A program made the translations under genes and the position numbers. Of a stretch of DNA of 64,000 nt, positions 20,421 to 30,203 are shown piece by piece. The notes under the pieces are model-generated. The model ran no database searches, was not told where the DNA came from, and saw only the letters and a list, made by a program, of their open reading frames with translations. Every line of letters begins with the position of its first letter. The stretch's first letter is position 1. Origin of the DNA: Candidatus Multivoradales bacterium (GTDB lineage Bacteria > Acidobacteriota > Thermoanaerobaculia > Multivoradales > Multivoraceae); contig CBDCWI010000002.1 in NCBI GenBank assembly GCA_965223325.1, positions 3,968,001 to 4,032,000 on the forward strand. The letters run 5' to 3'.

Positions 20421-21734
20421 TCAGGGCCAGCCGAGCTCACCGAAGGTCAGGGTGAGCCCCAGGAAGGTAATCGTGCGGTCGAACCCTTCCAAGTTGGAAT
20501 CGTATTCACTGCGGTAGCCAACGATTCCGAACCTACGCCCTGGTGCGACGTTGAAGGTGATCGATCCGCCGAGAGTCGTTGTGTCGTCACTGCGCGCGCG
20601 TCCTGACGGCAGCGGTTCGTACTCCTGGTCGCCGGTCTCGCCATACGCCGAGAAAACCAACCGGGCGCCGAAGGGCACCTGAATCGAAAGACCGTTCTTC
20701 TGGTTGAGAAACCATGACCATTCCGGGTTGACCGCATAGCCCAGTTGACGCGAACCATAGGCGAAGAGTCCGAACCCGCGTTCGTTGGAGAGTCCGAAGC
20801 GAGCGCTGCCAGTGAGATCGTTGAAGGGCAAGAAGAGTGAGAGCGGGCCGTCGGGCTCGAGGTCGCGGTATGCCAAGGCAATGTCGGCATCGAAGGCGCG
20901 CCCCTCCCACACCAGGTCCAACACCGGCGCTTCACCGGAGTTCGAACGGTCGCTCGACGACCGCGGAAACTCGACCTTCGAGTGCTCGACACCTGCGGCG
21001 ACGTAGAGTCGCTCGGCGAGGATCACCGACATGCCGGTGCGGGCCAGGGTCTCGTCCCGGTCGAGTCGCGCCAGGTCCGGCAGCCGGGGATCGCTCTGAT
21101 CCTCGTCGAGCAGGTGCCGGTCTTCCTCGAAGGAAGCCCGTACGAACCAGTTGAGCGAGCGCGCGACCTGCACCTGAACCAAACCGTCGATGCGGTCTGC
21201 GCGATTGTTCACGTACTGCTGGAACTCGGGAGTCACAGCGGTTTGAAGATCGGTGCGCGTTGCGGTCCACTCGGTGGTGAAGCGGTTGAAGTAGCCGAAG
21301 AAGCCAGCGCCATACCTGCCGTTGACCCGTCGGCGCTCCGACAGGTCCTGCCACCAGACATATTCGGGTAGGACGTGTGCGGCCAGATAGGAACTCGGCC
21401 CCATGGGCAGGTAGAGCCGCAGGCCAGCACCCAGCGTTACGGTGAAGTCGGAGACCTCGTTGCCTTCCCTGTCGGAGTAGAGGTTGTCTACGTAGGCCGC
21501 GTCCTTGATTCCAATCCAGGGTTCGACGCGCACGCGCCCGACGTGCCAGCGTGCTTCCTCGACTGCGAGCTCGAGTTCTTCGCGTCGATCTGCGGTATCG
21601 AGGCGCCCGGCGCCAGGAACAGTCCAGGCGTCGAACTGCGCGCCGACCGGCCAGGCGAGAAGAAAGAGGAGGGCCGCCGGGGCGGCGCGCAAGGTAGTGG
21701 CAAACTCGGGTAGAGGACGGGCACTCGACCGCAT
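20421..21734 (-). CDS. Outer-membrane beta-barrel protein, polysaccharide-export associated
   Basis: Signal peptide, amphipathic beta strands, AYVDNLY and SDF.VT N-terminal pattern, locus context. Confidence 0.7.
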   Translation of the reverse strand: MRSSARPLPEFATTLRAAPAALLFLLAWPVGAQFDAWTVPGAGRLDTADRREELELAVEEARWHVGRVRVEPWIGIKDAAYVDNLYSDREGNEVSDFTVTLGAGLRLYLPMGPSSYLAAHVLPEYVWWQDLSERRRVNGRYGAGFFGYFNRFTTEWTATRTDLQTAVTPEFQQYVNNRADRIDGLVQVQVARSLNWFVRASFEEDRHLLDEDQSDPRLPDLARLDRDETLARTGMSVILAERLYVAAGVEHSKVEFPRSSSDRSNSGEAPVLDLVWEGRAFDADIALAYRDLEPDGPLSLFLPFNDLTGSARFGLSNERGFGLFAYGSRQLGYAVNPEWSWFLNQKNGLSIQVPFGARLVFSAYGETGDQEYEPLPSGRARSDDTTTLGGSITFNVAPGRRFGIVGYRSEYDSNLEGFDRTITFLGLTLTFGELGWP

Positions 21735-21912
21735 GGCACTTTCTCCGAAAGAATTCTTCGAATGGATCTCTCCGAGAGATCCCCGAAGAAGAAGGGGGGG
21801 GTGGCGGGTTCCGCAGTGGGAAGGCAGCTCCTGGTGGTGAGGGATCGAAGGGCCCAGGAGGGGGGGTGGCTAGTGCGAACCCCGTCATGGGGTACCCTCG
21901 GATCATAAGAGA

Positions 21913-23352
21913 ATGACTAGAAATAATGCCAATCAGAGTTTGGGTGCCCCTCGTCGCGCCGTATCAACCACGGCTGGCCGCCGGCGGCCGCGCCTCGCGG
22001 CCTCCCCGCGGTTCCTGGCGATTCTCACTGCGGCGCTGCTGCTGTGGGCGCCGCTTCCTTTTGCAAGCGTTGCCGTCGGAGCGCGGCTTGGTTTGACCGC
22101 GGGGGTCTGGCTGCTCTTCCTGCTGGCGTTGTGGACAGTGCAGAGAAGGCGACCGAAGCCCCCTCAGACAGCCATCCTCCTGATGCTCGGTCTGGTGGCG
22201 GTCGGTGTCGTTCAGTTCGTTCCCCTTCCGGCTGGACTCGTTCGACTCCTCTCACCTCTACGTTTCCGGCTGAGCGACTCCGCAGCCGAGGTGCTGGGGC
22301 CGGTCGAGAGCTTCCTCAGTCTCAGCCTGACGCCCGGCGTGACTGTGACGGTGACGTTCTGGCTCGCGACCCTCACAGCGGCGATCTACGTGGGCGCGGT
22401 GGCTGGTCGCGAGCGAACCTATCGACGGGTGGTAGCAGCCTCCGTTGTTCTGGCTGCGGTGCTGCAAGGCCTCTACGGCGCTTCGCGGTTGTACACCGAT
22501 CCGGAGCGCATTTGGGGTCTCGAGGTGGCGGGGGCCGGCGGACGGTTGCGCGGAACCTTCGTCAATCCCGATCACCTGGCCTTCTATGTCGGCTTGAGCC
22601 TGCCGATCGTCTTTGCGTGGTGCTGGTGGGCCTTCAACCGCGCCCGCCGCTTCGGCCGACTGCCGGCATTGATCATCGGTGTCGCACCTCCGGCTCTCTT
22701 GTGGTGCGTGCTGTTCGTGTTTCTGGCACTTTCCGGTTCGCGGGGCGGTCTGGCGGCGGCCGCCCTGGCGGTCACTGTCCAGGGTGGCCTGGTTGCCCTG
22801 TCCGTTCGCCGGTGGTGGTTGGTACCCATCGGGTTGGTTGCGGCGATCGTCGGTCTGGCGGCGGTCGCGATGACCAACAGTGAAGTAGGCCTTGGGCGGG
22901 TGGCGTCGACTTCGAGCTACGAGATGCGCTGGAACAAACGCTTCGAGGTGTATGACGCCAGCCTGGGGCTCGTTCCCGAAGCACCGCTTCTCGGAACCGG
23001 TTTCGGGTCTTTTCGCGACGCCTTCCCGGTCGTCCAGCCCCAGGGTCTCGGTGGCACCTGGTGGCACGCCCACTCGGATTGGCTGGAGGTGTTGGTGACC
23101 GGTGGCCTCGTCGGCCTGGTTCTGGTGGGCCTTCTGTTTGTGACCGGGGTCAGACGGCTGCTGCGGGTATTCCAGTATGGGCGGCGCAGTGAGGATCGGG
23201 CGGCGGGTCTGGCCGGGTTGGGCTTCTCAGTCGCGGCCGGAGCGCACTCGCTCGTCGACTTCGGGTCGACGATGCCCGCAAACGCGCTGACGCTGGCCAT
23301 TCTCTTCGGACTCGCCACGTCGTGTTCGTTGTCGTTGGTGGCGGACGAATGA
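21913..23352 (+). CDS. O-antigen ligase-family membrane protein
   Basis: APLPFAS, RLRGTFVNPDH, SGSRGG, PLLGTGFGSF, HAHSDWLE. Confidence 0.85.
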   Translation: MTRNNANQSLGAPRRAVSTTAGRRRPRLAASPRFLAILTAALLLWAPLPFASVAVGARLGLTAGVWLLFLLALWTVQRRRPKPPQTAILLMLGLVAVGVVQFVPLPAGLVRLLSPLRFRLSDSAAEVLGPVESFLSLSLTPGVTVTVTFWLATLTAAIYVGAVAGRERTYRRVVAASVVLAAVLQGLYGASRLYTDPERIWGLEVAGAGGRLRGTFVNPDHLAFYVGLSLPIVFAWCWWAFNRARRFGRLPALIIGVAPPALLWCVLFVFLALSGSRGGLAAAALAVTVQGGLVALSVRRWWLVPIGLVAAIVGLAAVAMTNSEVGLGRVASTSSYEMRWNKRFEVYDASLGLVPEAPLLGTGFGSFRDAFPVVQPQGLGGTWWHAHSDWLEVLVTGGLVGLVLVGLLFVTGVRRLLRVFQYGRRSEDRAAGLAGLGFSVAAGAHSLVDFGSTMPANALTLAILFGLATSCSLSLVADE

Positions 23353-23375
23353 GAACGCCGATCGGCCGGGGGGAC

Positions 23376-25022
23376 CTATTCGACTTCGATCAGACCAGGG
23401 CTGATGGTGCTGCCGGCAAGCTGGCGGATCTCAACCAGGTGCATACCCGGCTCGATGGGCTCGTCGGTTGCCATCGTGAAGCGCTTGGATTTGCGTCGCG
23501 CCGACACACCCCAGGGGCCCAGGAACCGTCCGTCGAGGAAGACCTCGACAGCACCACCCTCAGCCGACGCAGCGACTTCGAGTCGTAGGTTCGAGGCTTC
23601 GCGGGCGACGCGAATCTCATGCCGAAACAGCCTGTCGGGGAGGAGGGTCCAGCCGACAGCATCGAAGGTCATGCCGGCAGCTTTGTCGAGGGCTTCGGTG
23701 AGAGTCTCGAGAGCGCGCGTTTCGTTGCGCCTGGTGGCAACGCTCAAGCGGGCTTCGATCCATACCGGGTCGCGCCGAAACTCGCGCTCGGTCTCAGCGA
23801 GGGCGCTCGCCGCGAGGTCTGGCTCGTCACGTTCGAGATGGGCCCTGGCCTTGGCGACCCAATAGGTGTTCCAGTCGCGCTGCCAGCGGGTCTCGTGCCG
23901 GCGTTCGATTCCCTCGGCGGCAGAGAGATCGCCTGCGACCACCAGCGCCCGCGCCTCGGTCGCTGGGTCGACGCCGGTCGCCAGGCTGGCGAGTCGCTTC
24001 GTCGCCGGCCCATCGAAGACGCAGTCTCCAAACAGGCAGCGATCGAGTTGCCACTGCAGCCAGGTGAGAGCTGTACTGTGACCCGGTCCGGCCGGAATGG
24101 CCTCGACCGCGCGTGCTACGAGGCCGGCGAATCGGACGTCGGTCGGCGCTTGGAGAACGCGGACCAGACGCTCGCGACCGCGCATCGTGTCGCCACCTCG
24201 AACCCGCTGCAGCCCATCCTCGAGGCGTGATTGCGCCTCTTCGTAGTGTGCCTCGCGCCAGGCCTCGCGATTGCTCGAGAAGCGTCGCCAGTCGCCAGCG
24301 GTTGCTAGCAGGCGGCCGACCCGGTCGTGCGCGTAGACCGAGCGGGGGAGCAGCTCGAGTGCCTCGTCCATGTCGTCGTTGACCTGCAACCAGGGTCCGA
24401 TCATGCGGTCGAAGGTCGCCTGATCGAGGAGCGCGTCGTGCAGCATGGTTCGCGTCTGCTCACGCTTGTCTTCCGAAAGGACTGGCCAAACCTCGAGGTA
24501 GGCCATGGTGAGGAAGCGTTCAACTTCTCCGCCTGATGGAGCCAGCTCGAGGGCACGCTCGAGCGGAGCCTCCCACTCGCGGAAGTGGGTGATGAGTCGT
24601 TGGTCCCGTTCGATCGAGCGCTCGAGGTAGCGGGATCCTCCGAGCACCAGGGCGGCCTCCCAGGAGCTAGGGATTCCCTCGAGGGCATGGAACGCGAACT
24701 CTTGTGCTTGGCGGAGTCCGCCGACTCGACTCTCCATGAGAGCGACACGAGCATCAATGGACTCGAGCTCGGCGTACGCTCCGAGATCCAGGGCGTCGGC
24801 CAACAGCAAACGGCCAGCGGCAATCTTTGCGTGCGGGTGGTCAGCCTCGCCGGTGACGGTTCGGCGCGCCTCCGGCTGGCGGGCGAGAAGACCGAAGCCG
24901 TCGAGGGCAGCGACGACTTCGCCGCGGCCTAGACGGTTGTCGATGGAAAGCAGCAGAGTTCCAGCGAGTGCCAGGAGCGCGACCATGCCCAAGGCCAGGC
25001 GGTGCGTGAGGAGGGAGACCAT
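23376..25022 (-). CDS. Membrane-anchored helical/TPR-like hypothetical protein
   Basis: N-terminal TM anchor from ATG 25022, helical repeats, C-terminal beta domain. Confidence 0.6.
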   Translation of the reverse strand: MVSLLTHRLALGMVALLALAGTLLLSIDNRLGRGEVVAALDGFGLLARQPEARRTVTGEADHPHAKIAAGRLLLADALDLGAYAELESIDARVALMESRVGGLRQAQEFAFHALEGIPSSWEAALVLGGSRYLERSIERDQRLITHFREWEAPLERALELAPSGGEVERFLTMAYLEVWPVLSEDKREQTRTMLHDALLDQATFDRMIGPWLQVNDDMDEALELLPRSVYAHDRVGRLLATAGDWRRFSSNREAWREAHYEEAQSRLEDGLQRVRGGDTMRGRERLVRVLQAPTDVRFAGLVARAVEAIPAGPGHSTALTWLQWQLDRCLFGDCVFDGPATKRLASLATGVDPATEARALVVAGDLSAAEGIERRHETRWQRDWNTYWVAKARAHLERDEPDLAASALAETEREFRRDPVWIEARLSVATRRNETRALETLTEALDKAAGMTFDAVGWTLLPDRLFRHEIRVAREASNLRLEVAASAEGGAVEVFLDGRFLGPWGVSARRKSKRFTMATDEPIEPGMHLVEIRQLAGSTISPGLIEVE

Positions 25023-25424
25023 AGAGAGGAGTTGTAAAGTGCGCCCCAATGGGCTCTGAAGATCGGGGGCGGGGTTTGTGGCCTGGGGGCGATCAGGATG
25101 AATCGCCGCCGCGGTGGCTGCCAAGGATATCGAACCGGCCGCAGATCCGGACCCGGTTGCGGTTCTTCCCAGCATGAACCCTTTCCAAGAGGAGGCGCTG
25201 GCCGGATGGCGGCCCTCTTTGTATAGTCGCGTCGCCCCTCTCACCGAACTGGCCTCCGGGGCGGCCGCGTCTGGATTCGCGCTCACACAGCCAGACGCTC
25301 CTAGACATCAATCGACCACGTCCCCTCCCGGCCACTCTCACGCGGCACTGCTCGCCGCCCTAAGCAAGCGGACCGGAGACCTAGCGAGTTCTCCACAGGT
25401 CCCGCTCCATTGGAGACAACTCTC

Positions 25425-27149
25425 ATGACCGATTCCCTCATCGCGCCTCACGGCGGCGATCTCAAAGAACTCATCGCGCTACCTGAACGCCAGGCGGAGC
25501 TCAAGGAGGCGTCTCGCGAGTGGCCGTCCTGGGACCTGACGGCGCGTCAGGCGTGTGACCTGGAACTGTTGTTGTGTGGTGGCTTCTCGCCGCTCGATGG
25601 GTTCATGAACCAGGCCGACTTCAACGCGGTCTGTGACTCGATGCGCCTGGCCGACGGCACCCTGTGGCCGATGCCAATCACCCTGGATGTCACCGAAGAC
25701 GTCGCCGAGCAGCTTTCTTCTGGCTCGCAACTCGCGTTGCGCGACGACGAAGGCGTGATGGTGGCCTGTCTGAACGTCGACGACATCTGGGAGCACGACC
25801 GCGAGAAAGATGCCGAGAGCGTCTACGGTTCACTCGATCGTGCACACCCTGGTGTGGCCCACCTGTTCGAGCGCACCAACAACATTTCGGTGGGGGGCAT
25901 GCTCGAAGGTCTGCAGCTGCCGTCGCACTACGACTTTCCCAAGCTCCGCATGACGCCGGCCCGCCTGCGGCGTGAGTTCGAGCGTCTGGGCTGGCGCAAT
26001 GCGGTTGCCTTTCAGACTCGCAATCCGATGCATCGCGCGCACTACGAGCTCACCCTGCGGGCCGCACGGGACTTGGAGACCAACCTCTTGATCCATCCAG
26101 TCGTCGGCATGACAAAGCCCGGCGACCTCGACCACTACACGCGTGTTCGCTGCTACCAGCGGCTGATGGACAACTTCCCGGCCCACACCGCGATGCTCTC
26201 GCTCTTGCCCCTCGCCATGCGGATGGCAGGTCCCCGCGAGGCGGTCTGGCACGCGATCATCCGCAAGAACTACGGCGCAACGCACTTCATCGTCGGCCGT
26301 GACCATGCCGGCCCCGGCAACGATTCCAAGGGCAACCCCTTCTATGGTCCGTACGATGCCCAGGAACTCCTGAGCAAGCACGAAGAAGAGCTCGGAATCT
26401 CGATGGTGCCGTTCAAGATGATGGTCTATGTCGAACGGCGCGGCTCATATGAACCCCTCGATGAGGTCGAGGAGGGAACCCGGACCTTGTCGATCTCGGG
26501 TACCGACCTCCGACGCCGCCTGGCAGAGGGTCTCGAGATTCCCGAGTGGTTCACCTTTCCCGAAGTTGCCGAGGAGTTGCGTCGGACGCATCCGCCGCGC
26601 AGCGAACAGGGGTTCACGGTCTTCTTCACCGGATTGTCGGGTTCCGGAAAGTCAACGATCGCCAACGCCTTGATGGTCAAATTGCTCGAGGCGGGTGGGC
26701 GTCCGGTCACGCTTCTCGATGGCGATTTGGTGCGCAAGAACCTGTCCTCTGAACTGGGCTTTTCCAAAGAACACCGTGACATCAACATCCGTCGCATCGG
26801 TTGGGTGGCTTCGGAGATCACCAAGAACGGCGGCATTGCGATCTGTGCGCCGATCGCGCCTTACCGCAACGTACGGCTCGAGGTTCGCGAAGAGATTGAA
26901 CCGCTCGGTGGTTTCGCACTCGTGCACGTGGCGACTTCACTCGAAGTCTGTGAACAGCGAGATCGCAAGGGGCTCTACGCCAAGGCACGCGCCGGCATCA
27001 TCAAGGAGTTCACTGGCATCTCTGATCCCTACGAAGAGCCGGAGAACGCTGAGTTGGTCATCGACACCGCGGACTGCACTCCTGAGCAAGCCGCCCAGCA
27101 GATCATCCTGCACCTCGAGAGTGAGGGGTACATCGGAGCGCGCGCCTGA
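25425..27149 (+). CDS. sat: Bifunctional sulfate adenylyltransferase/APS kinase (Sat-CysC, PAPS synthesis)
   Basis: GGFSPL.GFM, FQTRNPMHRAH, VGRDHAG, FTGLSGSGKST, RDRKGLY, FTGISDPYE; GGAG RBS before ATG 25425. Confidence 0.95.
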   Translation: MTDSLIAPHGGDLKELIALPERQAELKEASREWPSWDLTARQACDLELLLCGGFSPLDGFMNQADFNAVCDSMRLADGTLWPMPITLDVTEDVAEQLSSGSQLALRDDEGVMVACLNVDDIWEHDREKDAESVYGSLDRAHPGVAHLFERTNNISVGGMLEGLQLPSHYDFPKLRMTPARLRREFERLGWRNAVAFQTRNPMHRAHYELTLRAARDLETNLLIHPVVGMTKPGDLDHYTRVRCYQRLMDNFPAHTAMLSLLPLAMRMAGPREAVWHAIIRKNYGATHFIVGRDHAGPGNDSKGNPFYGPYDAQELLSKHEEELGISMVPFKMMVYVERRGSYEPLDEVEEGTRTLSISGTDLRRRLAEGLEIPEWFTFPEVAEELRRTHPPRSEQGFTVFFTGLSGSGKSTIANALMVKLLEAGGRPVTLLDGDLVRKNLSSELGFSKEHRDINIRRIGWVASEITKNGGIAICAPIAPYRNVRLEVREEIEPLGGFALVHVATSLEVCEQRDRKGLYAKARAGIIKEFTGISDPYEEPENAELVIDTADCTPEQAAQQIILHLESEGYIGARA

Positions 27150-27193
27150 ATCGATCGACGAATCCCCTCCGCATCGCTGCCGTCGTAGGTGCG

Positions 27194-27547
27194 GTGCTGA
27201 TCGGAATCGCGTGTCTGGTGCCACTCGATGGGCTTGCCGGTAGCGGGCGCCTTGCTTCGGTGCTCGGGCGCCTGCCGGCCTGGCATTGGGACAAGGTCGC
27301 TCATGCCTTGGCCTTCGGCCTGCTTTCGGTGCTCGTCTTCCTCGCCTGGCGCGAGGGACCGATCGCCCATCGGGTGCGCGCGACGGTCGTGCTGGTCATC
27401 TCCTACTCACTGGTTCTAGAACTGCTTCAGTTCCCGTTGCCCTGGAGGTCTCTCGATTGGCGTGACGGCGTGGCGAACACCGTCGGTGTGCTGTTTTCAG
27501 TAGGATTGATGCGGGCATGGGAGCGACGACGCCGCGGTCATGGTTGA
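27194..27547 (+). CDS. VanZ-family small membrane protein
   Basis: DKVAHALAFG...ELLQ..LPWR...D..AN..G; start uncertain. Confidence 0.75.
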   Translation: MLIGIACLVPLDGLAGSGRLASVLGRLPAWHWDKVAHALAFGLLSVLVFLAWREGPIAHRVRATVVLVISYSLVLELLQFPLPWRSLDWRDGVANTVGVLFSVGLMRAWERRRRGHG

Positions 27548-27709
27548 GGGCTCGCTCACCAACCTCCAGAGCCTTTTCGGGGACGGGGACCGCGGCGTTC
27601 CGCTCCGCCGATCCGGCAGGGCAACGCTCGCGGCCCGTTTGCTCCGCCTGCACTCGTGATGCGCTCGTGTTCTCGATGGAAGTCGCCCGCACGGAGAGGA
27701 CGTTTTTAG

Positions 27710-29143
27710 ATGGCGAGGAAGAAGAGGGGCCGCAAGCCGGCGCGCACCGGAAAGTCCAGCCGGTCCGGTCGGCGCCGGCACCAGATGCCCGATTCGCACC
27801 GTGAAGGAGGCGGCTCCGCGATGGTGGGGCACACCGCGACCGCCGCATTGATTGCCACCGTCGTCATCCCGCCCCTGGTTCTCCTTCCGAGCCTGCACGA
27901 ACCGTTTCATTTGCCCAAGCTGCTCGCGAGCGAAGCGCTGGCGCTGGTTTCGATTGCTTTGGTTCTGTGGTCTCACCGTCGCGGGACGCTACCGGTTCCC
28001 AAGCACTGGTTCTCGGTACCCGCTGTACGCGTTGTTCTTCCGCTGTTCGTCGCTGCTCTCGTTTCTCTCCTGTTCACTGACCATCCGGCGCACACCCAGG
28101 AGGGAACCTGGTCCTTGGCTGTTGGGTGTGCTGCTCTGGTTGCCTGGGCAGTGGGGGTGCCGCGGCTGTCGCGCGTCTTCTACTTCTTGCTTCCGGTCGC
28201 GGCGCTGCTCGCGGTCGTTGGCATCCTGCAGACCTACGGGCGCGTGCCGACCTGGGGCGCGAGCGGTGGTGCGGATCGTCTCGGTGTGACCTCGCTCGCC
28301 GGAAGCGTCGGAGACTTCGCCGCCTACCTCGTTCTGCCGACTGTCCTGGCGCAATACTTCATCTGGCGAGGCTTTCTGCGCGCCGAACGTACGGCCAAAG
28401 AGCGTTGGTTGGGCGGCTTCGCTGTGATCGCTCTCGGGTGTGTCTTGTGGGCGGCCGTCGTCAGCCAGACTCTCGCTGCACTGGCCGCGCTGGCCATCGC
28501 GAGCCTCGCGCTCTGGGCCTTCCTTCTGCCGCCGCGGCGAGCCCTCTTGGTAACGGCGGTTGCCGTAACGGTCCTCGCTTCGGCCGTTCTCCTTGCCGAG
28601 CCCACCCGCGACCGCCTGATCGCCAAGACCGGTTCGGTTGCCGCCGGGCGCGTCGATCGGGTGCTTTCCGGACGTCTAGATGGCTGGAAGGCGGGCGCCT
28701 TCATGTTTTCGCAGCGGCCGGCAACGGGCGTCGGCCACGGTGCCTACGGTGCCTCGTTCGGAGGGGCCAAGCTCGGCCTGCATGAACGCGGCATCGAGCT
28801 GTACGACGGGCATCGCTTTCCCATCTTCGGCAATGCCCACAACGAGGTCATCGAAGTGGGCGCCGAGCTAGGCGTCCTTGGCCTCGGGGCTCTCGCCTGG
28901 GCGTTGTGGATCTTGCTGAAACGGGTACGCCGTCGCGTGAGGCTCGATCGGAGTGATCCGTCGAACGACGGGTATGGAGCCCTGGCCCTCGCCGGGCTTC
29001 TCGCCCTGGTCGTCTTGGGGAGCGCCTACTTTCCGTTTCGCATTGCACTGACCGCCTATCCGGCGATCCTGTTTCTGGGTTGGGTGTTGAGTCGGGATTT
29101 CCTGGACGAGGACGGCGCGACACAGGCGGAAGGTGCCCTCTGA
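27710..29143 (+). CDS. O-antigen ligase-family membrane protein
   Basis: EPFHLPK, multiple TM helices, R...W...M...P..GVG.G, NAHNEVIE..AELG. Confidence 0.8.
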   Translation: MARKKRGRKPARTGKSSRSGRRRHQMPDSHREGGGSAMVGHTATAALIATVVIPPLVLLPSLHEPFHLPKLLASEALALVSIALVLWSHRRGTLPVPKHWFSVPAVRVVLPLFVAALVSLLFTDHPAHTQEGTWSLAVGCAALVAWAVGVPRLSRVFYFLLPVAALLAVVGILQTYGRVPTWGASGGADRLGVTSLAGSVGDFAAYLVLPTVLAQYFIWRGFLRAERTAKERWLGGFAVIALGCVLWAAVVSQTLAALAALAIASLALWAFLLPPRRALLVTAVAVTVLASAVLLAEPTRDRLIAKTGSVAAGRVDRVLSGRLDGWKAGAFMFSQRPATGVGHGAYGASFGGAKLGLHERGIELYDGHRFPIFGNAHNEVIEVGAELGVLGLGALAWALWILLKRVRRRVRLDRSDPSNDGYGALALAGLLALVVLGSAYFPFRIALTAYPAILFLGWVLSRDFLDEDGATQAEGAL

Positions 29144-29676
29144 TGGCGAGCTCATCGAAGCCAGTGGCTGAGGGCGCCCGGGAGAGCATTCCGGCACGTT
29201 GGGTGGTGCTGCCGCTTTTGGTCGTGGTGTTGCTGGCCATCGCCCACGAGTGGCAGCGTGGTCGGGCACGCCTTACGGCGAGCCGTGCTTTGTCTGGTCT
29301 CGAATCTTCGGTTGCCCGTTCGCTCGCCACCGGCGGCGCCGCCGAGGCACAGTTGCAAGCCGGGGTTCAACTGCTGCGCAAGCTCGACGAGGAGAAGCTC
29401 GACCCGTCTGAGGTCGGTATTCCGATGGCTCTGGGAAGTCACTACCTGTTGCTCGAGTCACCTGACGCCGCGATTCGCTGGTACGAGACGGCATTGGCTC
29501 TCGAGACTCGACCCGAGATCCTGATCAACCTGGCGCGTGCCCATCGAATGGCGGGCAACGAGGAGCAGGCGCTGCTCTATCTCGAGCAGGCGCAGGTGCT
29601 CGACCCGTTGCGCTATTCGGCGAGTGCTACTGACGATGGTAGAACGCGGCGACGCAAGAAGAGGTCGGGCCGTTGA
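29143..29676 (+). CDS. Membrane-anchored TPR protein
   Basis: ATG 29143 overlaps the upstream TGA; one TM helix; two TPRs (A..WYE.AL, NLA.A...G..EQA). Confidence 0.7.
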   Translation: MASSSKPVAEGARESIPARWVVLPLLVVVLLAIAHEWQRGRARLTASRALSGLESSVARSLATGGAAEAQLQAGVQLLRKLDEEKLDPSEVGIPMALGSHYLLLESPDAAIRWYETALALETRPEILINLARAHRMAGNEEQALLYLEQAQVLDPLRYSASATDDGRTRRRKKRSGR

Positions 29677-30203
29677 GTCTGGAAGGCAACGGCGACAACT
29701 CCGCCACTGCGACATGGTTGCAAGCCGGCGCGGTTGAAGATTGCGGCCGCCGGCTCGCTCTGCTCGAGATGGCGCAGGATCTCGGTCAGCTCGAGTTGCT
29801 GGTTCGCGGTGACTGCATGGTGCCCCTGATCGTTGAGGGTGACAGGTTGGTGGTGGAACAAGAGAAGCGGTACTGGCCGGGAGACGTCGTTGCCTTCTTT
29901 GCGCACGACGGTCGTTTTCTGGTGCATCGGGTGATCGGCTATCGGCCGGTTGGCGGTCGACTGGGAGTCGTGACCGCTGCCGACCGCGCGCCCGGATGGG
30001 ACGATCCAGTGCCGGTGGGTGGGGTGCTCGGTCGTGTCGCGTCGATCAGCCGAGACGGTGAGCCCGCTGCGCTCGAGGTGTCACTGTCGAGGCGTGTCCT
30101 GGCCGCTTCGACTTTCGTTTCGGTCGCTGTGAGCCGTACTCTGAGGCGGCTCTTTCCATCGTCGGATGCAAAGGTGGGCTCTGACATTGAGGGTCAGCGA
30201 TGA
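29673..30203 (+). CDS. S24/S26 peptidase-like protein with a Cys at the catalytic position
   Basis: VRGDCMVPLI.EGD (cf. GxSMxP), GDVVAF, LVHRVI. Confidence 0.7.
   Translation: MSLEGNGDNSATATWLQAGAVEDCGRRLALLEMAQDLGQLELLVRGDCMVPLIVEGDRLVVEQEKRYWPGDVVAFFAHDGRFLVHRVIGYRPVGGRLGVVTAADRAPGWDDPVPVGGVLGRVASISRDGEPAALEVSLSRRVLAASTFVSVAVSRTLRRLFPSSDAKVGSDIEGQR

Noticed and set aside
21735-21912. Hairpins and G-runs in the divergent gap (GGATCTCT/AGAGATCC)
   Set aside because: No recognisable RNA family or U-tract; could be ordinary UTR structure.
25030-25420. About 400-nt gap before sat with several GC hairpins and a 104-aa ORF
   Set aside because: The ORF lacks motifs and a convincing RBS, and the hairpins are not distinguishable from GC background by eye.
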